From Lachnospiraceae bacterium (GTDB lineage: Bacteria > Bacillota > Clostridia > Lachnospirales > Lachnospiraceae): a DNA stretch of 64,000 nt. The stretch covers positions 318 to 64,317 of the forward strand of contig CAVEOS010000003.1 in NCBI GenBank assembly GCA_963617435.1, read 5' to 3'. Position 1 is the first letter of the stretch. Each line of letters begins with the position of its first letter. This document shows positions 37,949-48,393 of the stretch, in pieces. Made by a program: the position numbers and the translations under genes. The notes beneath the pieces were generated by a model that searched no databases, was not told the origin of the DNA, and saw nothing but the letters and a program-made list of their open reading frames with translations.

Positions 37949-38623
37949 ATGACAGACAATTTGGAATTACAGATGGATGCCTATCTGCCGCTTCGTGATG
38001 TCGTGTTCCAGACATTGCGCGGGGCAATTTTGAAAGGGGATCTCAAACCGGGCGAGCGTCTGATGGAATTACAGCTTGCATCCAAACTGGGCGTAAGCCG
38101 TACACCGATCCGTGAGGCCATCCGTATGCTGGAGCAGGAAGGCCTGGCAGTGACGATTCCGAGAAAAGGTGCAGAAGTAGCCAAGATGACGGAAAAAGAC
38201 ATGGAAGATGTACTGGAGATCCGGCTTTCCCTGGAAGGTCTGGCAGTTCGCCTTTCCTGTGAAAAAATTACACCGGCGACTTTGCAGGAACTCAAAATCG
38301 CAATGGAAGATTTTGAAGAAAAAACAAAGACCGGTCAGTTTGTAGAGATGGCAAAAGCAGATGTGAAATTCCATGAGATTCTCTACAAAGCGTCCAATAA
38401 TCCGAAATTACAGCAGCTGCTGAGCAATCTGAGAGAGCAGATGTACCGTTACCGTGTGGAATATCTGAAGGATGAGTCCACATATCCGACACTGATCGAG
38501 GAGCATCAGAAAATGTACGAGGCATTAAAGGCAAAGGATTCCAAACTTGCGGTTTCCTATGTGGAGCGTCATCTGCACAATCAGGCGGAAGCTGTGAAAA
38601 AGATCATCCGCGAGCAGGAGTAG
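37949..38623 (+). CDS. GntR-family transcriptional regulator (FadR/FCD subfamily)
   Basis: 224 aa. LKPGERLMELQLASKLGVSRTPIREAIRMLEQEGL plus a C-terminal FCD-like helical domain. Confidence 0.85.
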   Translation: MTDNLELQMDAYLPLRDVVFQTLRGAILKGDLKPGERLMELQLASKLGVSRTPIREAIRMLEQEGLAVTIPRKGAEVAKMTEKDMEDVLEIRLSLEGLAVRLSCEKITPATLQELKIAMEDFEEKTKTGQFVEMAKADVKFHEILYKASNNPKLQQLLSNLREQMYRYRVEYLKDESTYPTLIEEHQKMYEALKAKDSKLAVSYVERHLHNQAEAVKKIIREQE

Positions 38624-38653
38624 GAATAAAAATAAAAAATATGCGCATAGTAA

Positions 38654-38684
38654 AGGGCAGACGAGAGTCTGTCCTTTTTGTTTT
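38654..38684 (+). terminator. rho-independent terminator
   Basis: agggcagac gaga gtctgtcct followed by ttttgtttt. Confidence 0.75.
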
Positions 38685-38704
38685 GGGAAAAGTGAGGTGA
38701 TGGT

Positions 38705-40267
38705 ATGCAGGATCAGGCCGTTTCAAAAAAGCTGGATGAAAATATTTTATGGTGGAAACAGCAGTTTTCTGACTGCGCGGATATCAAAATGCGTCCGATG
38801 TGTCTCGGAAAAGACATGAATGTCCGGGCATTTTTGAGCTACATTGAAGTCACCGGTGGCAAAAACATGATGGAAGATTCCCTGCTTGGAAAAATGCTGA
38901 GCCGTCTGAACATCATGGAAAATGCGACGTTGTATGAAGCGCTGCAGGAAAACGGCCTTGGCATTTCTGATGCGACACCTTTTGCAAAAATGTCAGAGGC
39001 GGCAAGTGGAATGCTGACCGGTGATACGATTCTTTTCGTGGATGGATTTGACCGAGCCTTAAAGATTCCGGATAAGGGGTACCCCGGCATGTCACTGCAG
39101 GAGACCGAGTCGGAAAAAGCAATCCGGGGAAGTAACGAAGGATTTGGTGGTTCCATTAAACAAAATACTGCGCTGATCCGAAAACGACTGCGTTCCGTGG
39201 ATCTGAAAGTGGCGGAATGCAAATGCGGCAGACGGACCAGCACAAATGTGGATCTGATGTATCTGAATGGCATTGTGCGGCCGGAGATCGTATCGGAGAT
39301 GCAACAGCGGCTGAATGGATTTGAAATCGACGGCATCGGAGACAGCGGTGTCATTGAACAGTTAACGGAAACACAGTGGTTTTCACCATTTCCACAGTTT
39401 CAGACTACCCGCAGGCCGGATCGGGCGGTGATGGCACTGTTAGAAGGCCGTGGGGTTCTGCTGGCGGATAACTCTCCGGAGGCACTGATTTTTCCAACGG
39501 ATTACAATTCTTTTATCAAGACAACCGATGATTATTATACCAGATGGGAGATTGCGACATTTACAAGGGCATTGCGTTATGTGGCGGCTTTTTTATCCAT
39601 GATCCTTCCGGGATTGTATCTTGCCATGACAAATTTTCATACGCAGCTGTTGCCAACGAAGCTGCTGCTTTCCTTTGCGGCGGCCAGACAGGGCGTACCG
39701 TTTCCTGGAGTGGTGGAAGTGCTTCTGATGGAACTGTCCTTTGAACTGCTGCGGGAAGCCGGCGTGCGTCTGCCCGGAGCTATGGGAAATACCATTGGAA
39801 TCGTTGGAGGTCTGATCATTGGACAGGCGGCGGTGGATGCAAATATCGTGAGTCCCATGGTGGTGATTGTGGTGGCTTTTACGGCGCTTTGTTCTTTTGC
39901 CATTCCAAACGAAGATTTTGCCACGGCATTTCGTTTGCTGAAATTTGCGTTTATCGGATTATCGGCAGCACTTGGTTTTTATGGATTTTTGCTGGGACTT
40001 TTGGTTTTGCTCATTCATCTGGCGCAGTTGAAAAGCTTTGGCATGCCGTATCTGATGCCTTTTGTGGGGGCAGATCTGAATGATTATCAGGATGAGCGGG
40101 ACACCCTTGTGCGCCCGTCGCTGCAGGTACTGCCCCGCAGACCTTTTTACGCAAATCCAAAGAACCGGATCCGGCTCAGAATGAAAACAATGCAGAAATC
40201 AGGACAGGAAGAAAATGTGGAAAATTCGAAAGCAGGGAACAGAAATGAAAAAGGGAAGAACCAGTGA
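38705..40267 (+). CDS. spore germination protein, GerA/GerKA (A-subunit) family
   Basis: 520 aa. IRGSNEGFGGSIKQNTALIRKRL, and a C-terminal membrane domain typical of A subunits. Confidence 0.85.
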   Translation: MQDQAVSKKLDENILWWKQQFSDCADIKMRPMCLGKDMNVRAFLSYIEVTGGKNMMEDSLLGKMLSRLNIMENATLYEALQENGLGISDATPFAKMSEAASGMLTGDTILFVDGFDRALKIPDKGYPGMSLQETESEKAIRGSNEGFGGSIKQNTALIRKRLRSVDLKVAECKCGRRTSTNVDLMYLNGIVRPEIVSEMQQRLNGFEIDGIGDSGVIEQLTETQWFSPFPQFQTTRRPDRAVMALLEGRGVLLADNSPEALIFPTDYNSFIKTTDDYYTRWEIATFTRALRYVAAFLSMILPGLYLAMTNFHTQLLPTKLLLSFAAARQGVPFPGVVEVLLMELSFELLREAGVRLPGAMGNTIGIVGGLIIGQAAVDANIVSPMVVIVVAFTALCSFAIPNEDFATAFRLLKFAFIGLSAALGFYGFLLGLLVLLIHLAQLKSFGMPYLMPFVGADLNDYQDERDTLVRPSLQVLPRRPFYANPKNRIRLRMKTMQKSGQEENVENSKAGNRNEKGKNQ

Positions 40268-40339
40268 AAATCAAGCTGAGAAAAAGAAGTGACAAGAAGA
40301 AAACAAGAGGCGAGAAGAAATTGGAAAAGGAGCATGGTG

Positions 40340-41449
40340 ATGCAGGAGCTTAATTTTATGAACAATCAGAAAATTTCTGCCAGACAGGTGAAGCGGACAC
40401 TTACCTTAGAACTTCTGGGAATCAGTACGTTACTGCTTCCATCACTGGTGGCCTCGCGCAGTGGTGTGGACGGATTTTTTGCGTTGGCAGCGGGCGGCGG
40501 ATGCGCCTGGCTTTTGTTGATTTTCTGGCAGAACTATTTTCAGAAATTTGATTTTTATGAATGTGTGGATGCTTTTGTTGCAGAACTCCGATTCCCGATA
40601 CTGATTTTTTATGGTACTGGATTTCTTGGAATTGCGGTGTACACGCTGTATCTGCTGACTAGTCTGATCGAAAATCAGCTGCTGGGGAAAAACTGGGAAG
40701 TTGTCATTGTGCTGACATTGACCGGAGCAGCTTTTTTCGGATTGCTACGGGGATTGGAATGCCGGGTGAGAGTCTATGAAGTGTTGTATTTTTTCCTGCT
40801 GATTCCGTTACTTGTGATTCTGGGACTGGCCTGTGCGGGAATTGATCCGGATGCGTGGACACCGGTGGCGACATCTTCCGTTTCAAAATTTTTGCAGAGC
40901 AGTTATCTGAGTTTTTTGTTTTTTTCCGGGATTTCGTTGTATACACTTTTTCAGCCGAGTTGTAAAAATCTAAAGGCAGCGTATCGGGGAACGAAACATG
41001 CATTGCTTGTGGTGCTTGGTCTGAATCTGGCTGTTTATCTGATCTTGCTTGGAGTGTTTCGAAGTGAGTTGCTGGCGCATCTGGACTGGCCGGTGATTGA
41101 TCTGATGGCGGTGGTGAAATTACCGGGAAATTTTCTGGAGCGGCAGGATGCGTTAATGGTTGGAATCTGGTTTTTCTGTTTGTTTGCGTTTCTGGATTCC
41201 ATGCTGTTTTATGCGATGGAGTTTTGGGCGAAATTATTTCCGGGACAAAATAAAACAGAAAAACAACAGAAAAGTAAATTATTGCTAATGGGAATTCTGA
41301 CAGTTTCAGTACTGGTGTTGGCTTTTCTGCTGTTACATTATGAAGCATTAGCAGAGAGAATGTTTTCCTGCTATTTATATGGCATTCTTCCAGTGATGCT
41401 GCTTTTACCACTTTTTTTAGGAATCGGGCATAGAAAGGCAGGTTATTGA
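40340..41449 (+). CDS. spore germination protein, GerAB (permease, B-subunit) family
   Basis: Polytopic protein. N-terminal KISARQVKRTLTLELLG is typical of B subunits. The preferred start is ATG 40340, 7 nt after aaaggag; the ORF track starts at 40289. Confidence 0.75.
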   Translation: MQELNFMNNQKISARQVKRTLTLELLGISTLLLPSLVASRSGVDGFFALAAGGGCAWLLLIFWQNYFQKFDFYECVDAFVAELRFPILIFYGTGFLGIAVYTLYLLTSLIENQLLGKNWEVVIVLTLTGAAFFGLLRGLECRVRVYEVLYFFLLIPLLVILGLACAGIDPDAWTPVATSSVSKFLQSSYLSFLFFSGISLYTLFQPSCKNLKAAYRGTKHALLVVLGLNLAVYLILLGVFRSELLAHLDWPVIDLMAVVKLPGNFLERQDALMVGIWFFCLFAFLDSMLFYAMEFWAKLFPGQNKTEKQQKSKLLLMGILTVSVLVLAFLLLHYEALAERMFSCYLYGILPVMLLLPLFLGIGHRKAGY

Positions 41450-41450
41450 A

Positions 41451-42524
41451 ATGGAGCAGAAAGTAGATCACAAAATAGACTCTAAATATCGAAAAATGCG
41501 AATCATCATATGTGTGTTGTTCTGGACAATCCTTGTGTTTTTCTTTGCCTGCCTTGGGGGCTGCGGCGTCAATGAACTGGAAAATCAGGCTTTCCCGCTG
41601 GCCCTTGGCGTGGAGGCACAGGACAGTGGCGCAATGAAGTTATATTTGGCCTATCCGAATCTGCAGGATGAAAAGGCTTCGGAAAATGCACTTTCTTCCG
41701 ATGTGTTTTGGGAGGGAGAGGTGTCGGATCTGTTTGCCGGAATGCGGCAGATGTCGGAGAACAGCAACAAAAATCCGGATCTGAATCATCTGAAAGTACT
41801 GATCTTGAATCCGCAAGTGTTTGCATCAGAAGATGCGTCCGAGGCCGTATTATCTTTTTTTGAAAAGGAGACAGATGCGGCCTGGAATACGTATGTGCTG
41901 CTGACGGAGGAGCCGATGAAGCAGCTTTTTTCCGAGGACATGCAGCTGCCGGAGTGTATGGGAAGCTATCTGGAAGACTTGCTGGAGGAGTGGGAACATG
42001 TAAAGGACAGTGCCTTCGTGACGGTTGGCACGCTGATGCGGCAGTTTTATGGAGCCAAGGAAATAATGTGCATTCCTAAGCTGGAATTACAGGATGGAAA
42101 GTTAAATATTGGCGGTTTTTCGGTATTGCATCGGATGAAAATTGCAGGAAATCTGTCATTGCAGGAAGGATATGACGCCCTGCTCCTGCAAAATAAGATG
42201 CGGGAATATCAATTTCAGATGAAAGACGGTACGGGAGTGACCGTGAAACAATTGCAGATAGAGCAAAAAAATATAGAGCAGAGAGATGGAGCGCAAAATG
42301 ACGAAGAGAAGGATGCAGAAAAAAATGAGACGAAGAATACGGTAAAGAAAATCACTGTGCATGGCTCTTTTGGCATTACAAACCGTATGAAAGGAAGCCG
42401 GAAAACACAGAGGCTGGAAGCGCAGGCAAAACGGGAATTACAAACACAACTGCAATCTTTTGCGGAAAAGTGGCAGCAGATGATTGGAGAAGAAACAGAA
42501 AGCATGCAGATCACAGTGGAATAA
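41451..42524 (+). CDS. spore germination lipoprotein, Ger(x)C family
   Basis: 357 aa. Signal plus lipobox (ACLGGCG) followed by NELENQAFPLALGVE, typical of C subunits. Confidence 0.8.
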   Translation: MEQKVDHKIDSKYRKMRIIICVLFWTILVFFFACLGGCGVNELENQAFPLALGVEAQDSGAMKLYLAYPNLQDEKASENALSSDVFWEGEVSDLFAGMRQMSENSNKNPDLNHLKVLILNPQVFASEDASEAVLSFFEKETDAAWNTYVLLTEEPMKQLFSEDMQLPECMGSYLEDLLEEWEHVKDSAFVTVGTLMRQFYGAKEIMCIPKLELQDGKLNIGGFSVLHRMKIAGNLSLQEGYDALLLQNKMREYQFQMKDGTGVTVKQLQIEQKNIEQRDGAQNDEEKDAEKNETKNTVKKITVHGSFGITNRMKGSRKTQRLEAQAKRELQTQLQSFAEKWQQMIGEETESMQITVE

Positions 42525-42584
42525 AACGGAGAAATATGGAAATACTCATTTCTGAGAACAGATATTTGAAAGGAAATGAGAGCG

Positions 42585-43193
42585 ATGAAAAAAAGAATTT
42601 TGGCGGTGTGTCTGGCTGCGACAGCCTGCATCCTGCTTTCCGCAACGATACAGACCCGATGCCTGCAGCAGAGCATGGCGCAGAAAGTACTGCGGTTTCA
42701 TGTGCTGGCAAACAGTGACAGCACGGAGGATCAGGAATTAAAGCTGAAGGTGCGTGACCGGGTGGGAACCGTGATGGCTGATAAATTAAAAGATGTAAAA
42801 ACGCTGGATGAGGGGACGCTGGTAGTCGAGCAGAATTTGGGCGTGATCGAGGACTGTGCGGCGGCCGTGATCGCGGAGGAAGGTTATCGTTATCCGGTGA
42901 GTGTTGCCCTTGAAAACTGTATGTTTCCGGAAAAAACATACGGAGCATATACGTTCCCGGGAGGCGAGTATGAGGCACTCCGTGTGGTGATCGGCTCCGG
43001 CGAGGGACACAACTGGTGGTGTGTGATGTATCCGAATCTGTGTTTTTCAAACAGTATGTATGAGGTGGACGAGGATTCCGGGGAAAAATTGCGGGAAGTC
43101 CTTGATCCGGAGGAGTATGCGGCGGTTTTGGAAAGCGGAAATTTTAAGGTTCGATTCAAAATGCTTGGATTTCTGAATCGTGTGCTTGAATAA
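42585..43193 (+). CDS. spoIIR: stage II sporulation protein R
   Basis: LRFHVLANSDSTEDQELKLKVRDRV and GHNWWCVMYPNLCF are SpoIIR hallmarks. ATG 42585 is preferred over 42576 on SD spacing. Confidence 0.9.
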   Translation: MKKRILAVCLAATACILLSATIQTRCLQQSMAQKVLRFHVLANSDSTEDQELKLKVRDRVGTVMADKLKDVKTLDEGTLVVEQNLGVIEDCAAAVIAEEGYRYPVSVALENCMFPEKTYGAYTFPGGEYEALRVVIGSGEGHNWWCVMYPNLCFSNSMYEVDEDSGEKLREVLDPEEYAAVLESGNFKVRFKMLGFLNRVLE

Positions 43194-43358
43194 TTGCGAA
43201 AAAAGCTTTACAATGTGTGGGAGTTATTTCATATACAAAAAGTAATATATAGTAGTTCATAGTATTACTTTTTCGGAGAAATCATTTATGATCAAAATTT
43301 ACTGACAGAAGAAATATAGAATAAAGGTTAAGAATAAGAAAAGATGTGAGGACACAAT

Positions 43359-43790
43359 ATGACAAAAGATGTGTTGATTACCATCAGCGGTGTACAAACG
43401 ATAGATGGAGAAGTAAACGATCCGGTGGAGACTGTCACCCCGGGAGAATATTATTTCCGCAACGGCAAGCATTATATTCTGTACGATGAAGTGCAGGAAG
43501 GTGTGCAGGGCGTGACAAAGTGCATGATCAAGATCGGAGAAGATACGGTAGATCTGTCTAAAAAGGGAGCCGCCGGTGTACATATGAGTTTTCAGAAAGA
43601 CAGGAAGACACGGACTTCCTATCAGACACCGTATGGAAGCATGATGCTTGGTTTTGATTCACGGACGATCCGGGTGATGGAGTCGAAGGATATGCTTCAT
43701 GTGAAACTGGAGTATGATATGGAAGTGGAAGAGGAACATTTAGCAGAATGTACTCTGACAATGAAAATCAGATCCAAGGGAATGAAATAG
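43359..43790 (+). CDS. DUF1934 (YwiB-like) beta-barrel protein
   Basis: 143 aa. The pattern VLITISGVQTIDGE...YYFRNGKHYILYDE is typical of DUF1934. Confidence 0.7.
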   Translation: MTKDVLITISGVQTIDGEVNDPVETVTPGEYYFRNGKHYILYDEVQEGVQGVTKCMIKIGEDTVDLSKKGAAGVHMSFQKDRKTRTSYQTPYGSMMLGFDSRTIRVMESKDMLHVKLEYDMEVEEEHLAECTLTMKIRSKGMK

Positions 43791-43807
43791 TGAAAGGAAA
43801 AAGGGGA

Positions 43808-44653
43808 ATGACAGATAAATTAAAAGAAAAAAACGAGTTTCGATATGCACCCATCGGTGTGTTTGATTCCGGCGTGGGCGGACTGACGGTAGCCAGAGAG
43901 ATCATGCGCCAGATTCCAAATGAGCGGATCATTTATTTTGGCGATACCGCCCGGGTGCCTTACGGAAGTAAATCAAAGGAGACGATCATCCGTTTCTCCA
44001 GACAGATCATCCGTTTTTTACAGTCAAAAGGTGTGAAAGCAATTGTGATCGCATGTAATACCGCCAGTGCACTGGCGCTTGATACCGTGCAGCCGGAGTT
44101 TGATATTCCGATCATCGGCGTGCTGAGACCAGGAGCAAAAGAAGCAGCCCGCGTGACAAAAAATGGAAAAATTGGTGTAATTGCAACAGAGAGTACGATT
44201 GAGAGTCAGGTATACACGGAGGTTATTCACTCACACAAACCAAACGCACAGGTGCTGGGCAAGCCATGTCCGTTGTTTGTGCCACTGGTGGAAGAGGGCT
44301 GGCTGAAAGACCCGGTGACTGTGGAGGTAGCAAACCGCTATCTGGAGCCATTGCTGGAATCTGGCATTGATACGCTGATCATGGGCTGTACCCATTATCC
44401 GCTGCTGCGTTCTACCCTGCGTCAGATCATGGGAGAAAAAGTAAATCTGGTAAATCCGGCCTATGAGACAGCCAGAGAATTGAAAGCGCTGTTGGAGCGT
44501 GACGGACTGAATAACGATGGAAAGCAGAGTTACGAAGGACCGATGCATGAGTTCTATGTCAGTGATGCGGCAAATAAATTTAAAAATTTTGCGAACTCTA
44601 TTCTGCCATACGGTGTGGATACCACACAACTGATACATATTGAAGATTATTAG
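43808..44653 (+). CDS. murI: glutamate racemase
   Basis: Start at ATG 43808 after aaaagggga. PIGVFDSGVGGLTV, IVIACNTAS and LIMGCTHYPLL carry both catalytic Cys motifs. Confidence 0.9.
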   Translation: MTDKLKEKNEFRYAPIGVFDSGVGGLTVAREIMRQIPNERIIYFGDTARVPYGSKSKETIIRFSRQIIRFLQSKGVKAIVIACNTASALALDTVQPEFDIPIIGVLRPGAKEAARVTKNGKIGVIATESTIESQVYTEVIHSHKPNAQVLGKPCPLFVPLVEEGWLKDPVTVEVANRYLEPLLESGIDTLIMGCTHYPLLRSTLRQIMGEKVNLVNPAYETARELKALLERDGLNNDGKQSYEGPMHEFYVSDAANKFKNFANSILPYGVDTTQLIHIEDY

Positions 44654-44731
44654 GTGAAAAATAATAGACAGATGTAAAAAGAAAATGTAAACTCTTGCAG
44701 TGAGTTTGCAGAACAAATTTTATAGAACAAT

Positions 44732-44778
44732 AAAAAAAGAGCGTGGTGAAAATCTCATTCATCACGCTCAATTTTTTT
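44732..44778. terminator. bidirectional rho-independent terminator
   Basis: aaaaaaa gagcgtggtga ... tcatcacgctc aattttttt, lying between convergent genes. Confidence 0.8.
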
Positions 44779-44802
44779 CGTACACATTTTAATTTTTCAT
44801 AC

Positions 44803-45246
44803 TTATTTCTGACCGGTAAGTTTTGCGAAGAAACCACGTTTCTTTTCCGGTTTTTCCAATGGTCCACGGACACCGCGAACTTCAGAAATGAAGAGACCGC
44901 TGACAGAAGCTTTTACTTCTTTTTTCACCGGAATCTGATCAAAAATCTGATTGTCTGCGATCAGAACCATGATCTGAGGTCCGACTTTCGCTTTTACAAC
45001 CGGTACTTTTGCAAGCCTTGCGAACTTCGGAGTCTGGTCAATCACCTGCTGTGGCAGACCGGATTCTTTCATACGAAGTTTTTTCTTGTCGATGATCAAC
45101 ATATTGACCCACTGTGCAGCCTGATCGATGGCAGCCTGCTGTTCATCACGTTTTTTCATATTTCTTTTTCCTAAGAAATACAGAACAATGATGGCAGCCA
45201 CACATGCAGCGATAACAACAATAAGTGTAATAATCTGTGGTGACAC
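44803..45246 (-). CDS. hypothetical single-pass membrane protein
   Basis: GTG 45246 lies 9 nt after aaggagg. It has an N-terminal TM segment (IITLIVVIAACVAAIIVLYFL) and a basic soluble domain. I recognise no family. Confidence 0.55.
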   Translation of the reverse strand: MSPQIITLIVVIAACVAAIIVLYFLGKRNMKKRDEQQAAIDQAAQWVNMLIIDKKKLRMKESGLPQQVIDQTPKFARLAKVPVVKAKVGPQIMVLIADNQIFDQIPVKKEVKASVSGLFISEVRGVRGPLEKPEKKRGFFAKLTGQK

Positions 45247-45593
45247 GGATATATTTCCTCCTTTATCGGTATATTTGTTCATAGTAAAACTAAGTCTACG
45301 TGACATTGTATCATTGATTATGCGAAAACTCAAGAAAAAAATAGAAGAATCACTTTTCATTTACAGGAAAATATGGTATCTTTAAAAGCAGTGATGCCTT
45401 TTGAGAGAAGCGCAGACCGGGGATGGATTTTGGGGAAAAGAAATTTACCTCAGTCTTCGACTGAGATAAATGCTCCGCGAGGATGTACAGTGATTCTGAG
45501 AAGAATATGTCAGCTTACGCAGACTAGAATCACGCACCAAGTCTCACATGCGTTCGACTTGAATTATAAGAGAAAGGAATAAAGGATTAAGAA

Positions 45594-46784
45594 ATGAAAA
45601 AGAAACTCGTAATGGTGTTAATGGCAGTTATGGTTGCAACCGCTGCACTTGGCGGATGTGGTCAGAAAGGAGCCGGAACAGGAACCAGTGCTTCCGCAGA
45701 GGAAGAGCAGGATGTAGAATATTCTGCAAAAGAGCTGTTGAAAGCAACTGACTATAAAGTAGAGAAATATGTAAAACTGAATGACTATATGAATATGACA
45801 GTGGAGCTGTCTCAGGATTATTCAGTAACAGATGAGGCGATCCAGTCCTATATCGAGTATCTGATGTCTCAGTATCCGTCTTATGAAGTAAGCGATAAGA
45901 AGACTGTTGAGGATGGAGATATCGTAAATATTGATTATGTTGGAAAAGTTGATGGCGAAGAGTTCAGCGGCGGCAGCGCTACCGGACAGCATCTGACCAT
46001 CGGATCCGGATCTTTTATCGATGGATTTGAGGACGGACTGATCGGTGTAAACGTAGGTGATACTGTGGATCTGAACCTGAAATTCCCGGATGATTATTCA
46101 AATAATACGGATCTGGCAGGCAAAGACGTGGTATTTACTGTTACAGTAAACAGTATTGATACTGAGAAAGAGATGACTTACGATGACCTGACAGATGAGT
46201 ATGTCAGTGAAAATTTTTCGAACAGTGGAATTACGACAGTTGATGGCCTCAAGAGTCAGGTAAGCAGTGGACTGGAGAGCCAGAGTTATTCTAATAAGAT
46301 GTCTGAGATCCAGTCAGCAGTACTTACGAAATTACTGGATGAGTGTGAAGTAACTCTCCCGGACGGACTGTTAGACCAGAGAATTTCCGAGTACAAAGCG
46401 CGTGTCAATAAAGCCGTAGAGGAAAGCGGAGAGAGCTTTGAAGACTATATGGGAATGACTGAAGATGATTTTAATGATCAGGTAAGTGATTATATCGAGG
46501 AGAGCCTGAAACAGGAGCTGATCCTGGAAGCAATCGTAAAAGATCAGAACATTTCTATTTCTGAGAAAAACTTCGAGACATTTGTAGACAGCTATGTATC
46601 TCAGTATGGAATTTCTGACCGTGATACTTTCTATGAAGAGTACGGCGGAGAGGATTATGTAAGATTAAGCTATGCTGAGAATCAGGCACTGGCAAAAGTA
46701 ATGGACAGCGTAAAGACAACCGTTGCTGACAGTTCCGATTCTTCTGATACAGGAGCAAATGACAGTTCTGCAGACGCAGAGTAA
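45594..46784 (+). CDS. lipoprotein with trigger-factor-like FKBP PPIase and C-terminal chaperone domains
   Basis: 396 aa. Signal plus lipobox (ALGGCG). The FKBP region DGDIVNIDYVGKVDGEEFSGGSATGQHLTIGSGSFIDGFEDGLIGVNVGD...AGKDVVFTVTVNSI matches trigger factor. The ribosome-binding GFRxGxxP motif is absent. Confidence 0.75.
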   Translation: MKKKLVMVLMAVMVATAALGGCGQKGAGTGTSASAEEEQDVEYSAKELLKATDYKVEKYVKLNDYMNMTVELSQDYSVTDEAIQSYIEYLMSQYPSYEVSDKKTVEDGDIVNIDYVGKVDGEEFSGGSATGQHLTIGSGSFIDGFEDGLIGVNVGDTVDLNLKFPDDYSNNTDLAGKDVVFTVTVNSIDTEKEMTYDDLTDEYVSENFSNSGITTVDGLKSQVSSGLESQSYSNKMSEIQSAVLTKLLDECEVTLPDGLLDQRISEYKARVNKAVEESGESFEDYMGMTEDDFNDQVSDYIEESLKQELILEAIVKDQNISISEKNFETFVDSYVSQYGISDRDTFYEEYGGEDYVRLSYAENQALAKVMDSVKTTVADSSDSSDTGANDSSADAE

Positions 46785-46904
46785 ATTGAAGGAATGCTGA
46801 GCGTATTCCTGAAGGTTCTCGCATCGGCCGGGGACGACAGAAATTGAGTTTGATGTAAAAATGTAAAATAACAGCTAAGGGGCTGTATGTTGGGAGGCAA
46901 TGAC

Positions 46905-48296
46905 ATGGAGTTGACAAATATCCGGGATTTATTCCAGGAGAAAGAGACTTATCTTGAGAAAAAAGTATCCATCGGCGGCTGGGTCCGTTCCGTTCGTGGA
47001 TCCAAGACATTTGGATTTATCGTAGTAAATGACGGTACTTTTTTCGAGCCGTTACAGGTAGTTTACGGTGATCATCTGGAGAACTTTGCAGAGATTTCCA
47101 AATTAAATGTAGGTGCTGCAATTATCGTAACCGGTAAACTGGTGGCCACACCGGAAGCAAAACAGCCGTTTGAAATCCAGGCAGACAAAGTAGAGATCGA
47201 GGGCGCATCCGCACCGGATTATCCGTTGCAGAAAAAACGTCACAGTTTTGAGTATCTGAGAACAATTTCTCATTTACGCCCGCGTACCAATACATTTGAG
47301 GCTGTATTCAGAGTTCGTTCCCTGATCGCATACGCAATCCACAAATTCTTCCAGGAGCGTGATTTCGTGTATGTACACACACCACTGATTACAGGAAGTG
47401 ACTGTGAGGGCGCAGGCGAGATGTTCCAGGTTACAACGATGGATCTGAACAATGTACCGAAAAAAGACGACGGAAGCGTTGATTTTACACAGGATTTCTT
47501 TGGAAAACCAACCAACCTGACGGTAAGTGGACAGTTAAACGGTGAGACTTATGCCATGGCATTCAAGAATATCTACACCTTTGGACCGACCTTCCGTGCA
47601 GAAAATTCCAATACCACCCGTCATGCAGCCGAGTTCTGGATGATCGAGCCGGAAATTGCTTTCGCAGATCTGAAAGACGATATGGTACTGGCAGAGAGCA
47701 TGTTAAAATATGTCATCCGTTATGTATTAGAGCATGCACCGGAAGAGATGGAGTTCTTCAACAAATTTGTGGACAAGGGCTTACTTGACCGCCTGAACCA
47801 TGTATTGAATTCCGACTTTGGTCACGTTACTTATACAGAAGCAATTGAAATCCTTGAGAAAAACAATGATAAATTCGATTACAAGGTATTCTGGGGCGCA
47901 GATCTCCAGACAGAGCATGAGCGTTACCTGACAGAGGAAATCTTCAAACGCCCGGTATTCGTAACCGATTATCCAAAGGAGATCAAAGCCTTCTACATGA
48001 AACTGAACGAGGATGGCAAAACTGTTGCCGCTATGGACTGTCTGGTTCCGGGCATCGGCGAGATCATCGGCGGAAGCCAGCGTGAGGACGACTACGAAAA
48101 ACTGCTTGGCAGAATGAAAGAACTTGGACTGAAAGAAGAAGATTATGGCTTCTATCTGGATCTGAGAAAATATGGTTCTGCAAGACATGCAGGTTTCGGA
48201 CTTGGATTTGAGCGCTGCGTAATGTACCTGACAGGTATGGGAAATATCCGCGACGTAATCCCGTTCCCAAGAACTGTAAACAACTGCGAACTGTGA
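46905..48296 (+). CDS. asnS: asparagine--tRNA ligase
   Basis: Start at ATG 46905 after gggagg. [48 protein letters not shown] and [12 protein letters not shown] are class IIb AsnRS motifs. Confidence 0.9.
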   Translation: MELTNIRDLFQEKETYLEKKVSIGGWVRSVRGSKTFGFIVVNDGTFFEPLQVVYGDHLENFAEISKLNVGAAIIVTGKLVATPEAKQPFEIQADKVEIEGASAPDYPLQKKRHSFEYLRTISHLRPRTNTFEAVFRVRSLIAYAIHKFFQERDFVYVHTPLITGSDCEGAGEMFQVTTMDLNNVPKKDDGSVDFTQDFFGKPTNLTVSGQLNGETYAMAFKNIYTFGPTFRAENSNTTRHAAEFWMIEPEIAFADLKDDMVLAESMLKYVIRYVLEHAPEEMEFFNKFVDKGLLDRLNHVLNSDFGHVTYTEAIEILEKNNDKFDYKVFWGADLQTEHERYLTEEIFKRPVFVTDYPKEIKAFYMKLNEDGKTVAAMDCLVPGIGEIIGGSQREDDYEKLLGRMKELGLKEEDYGFYLDLRKYGSARHAGFGLGFERCVMYLTGMGNIRDVIPFPRTVNNCEL

Positions 48297-48393
48297 AACA
48301 TGGAGCAATCCGTGTAAAAAGAATATGTAAGTAATAGAGAAAGGGGAGGTTTGGTACACACCGGACTTCCCCTTTATCAAACAGGAAAATTAT

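Noticed and set aside
46785-46904. Possible T-box leader upstream of asnS.
   Set aside because: The gap is only ~120 nt. I could identify no specifier loop, T-box sequence or terminator/antiterminator pair.
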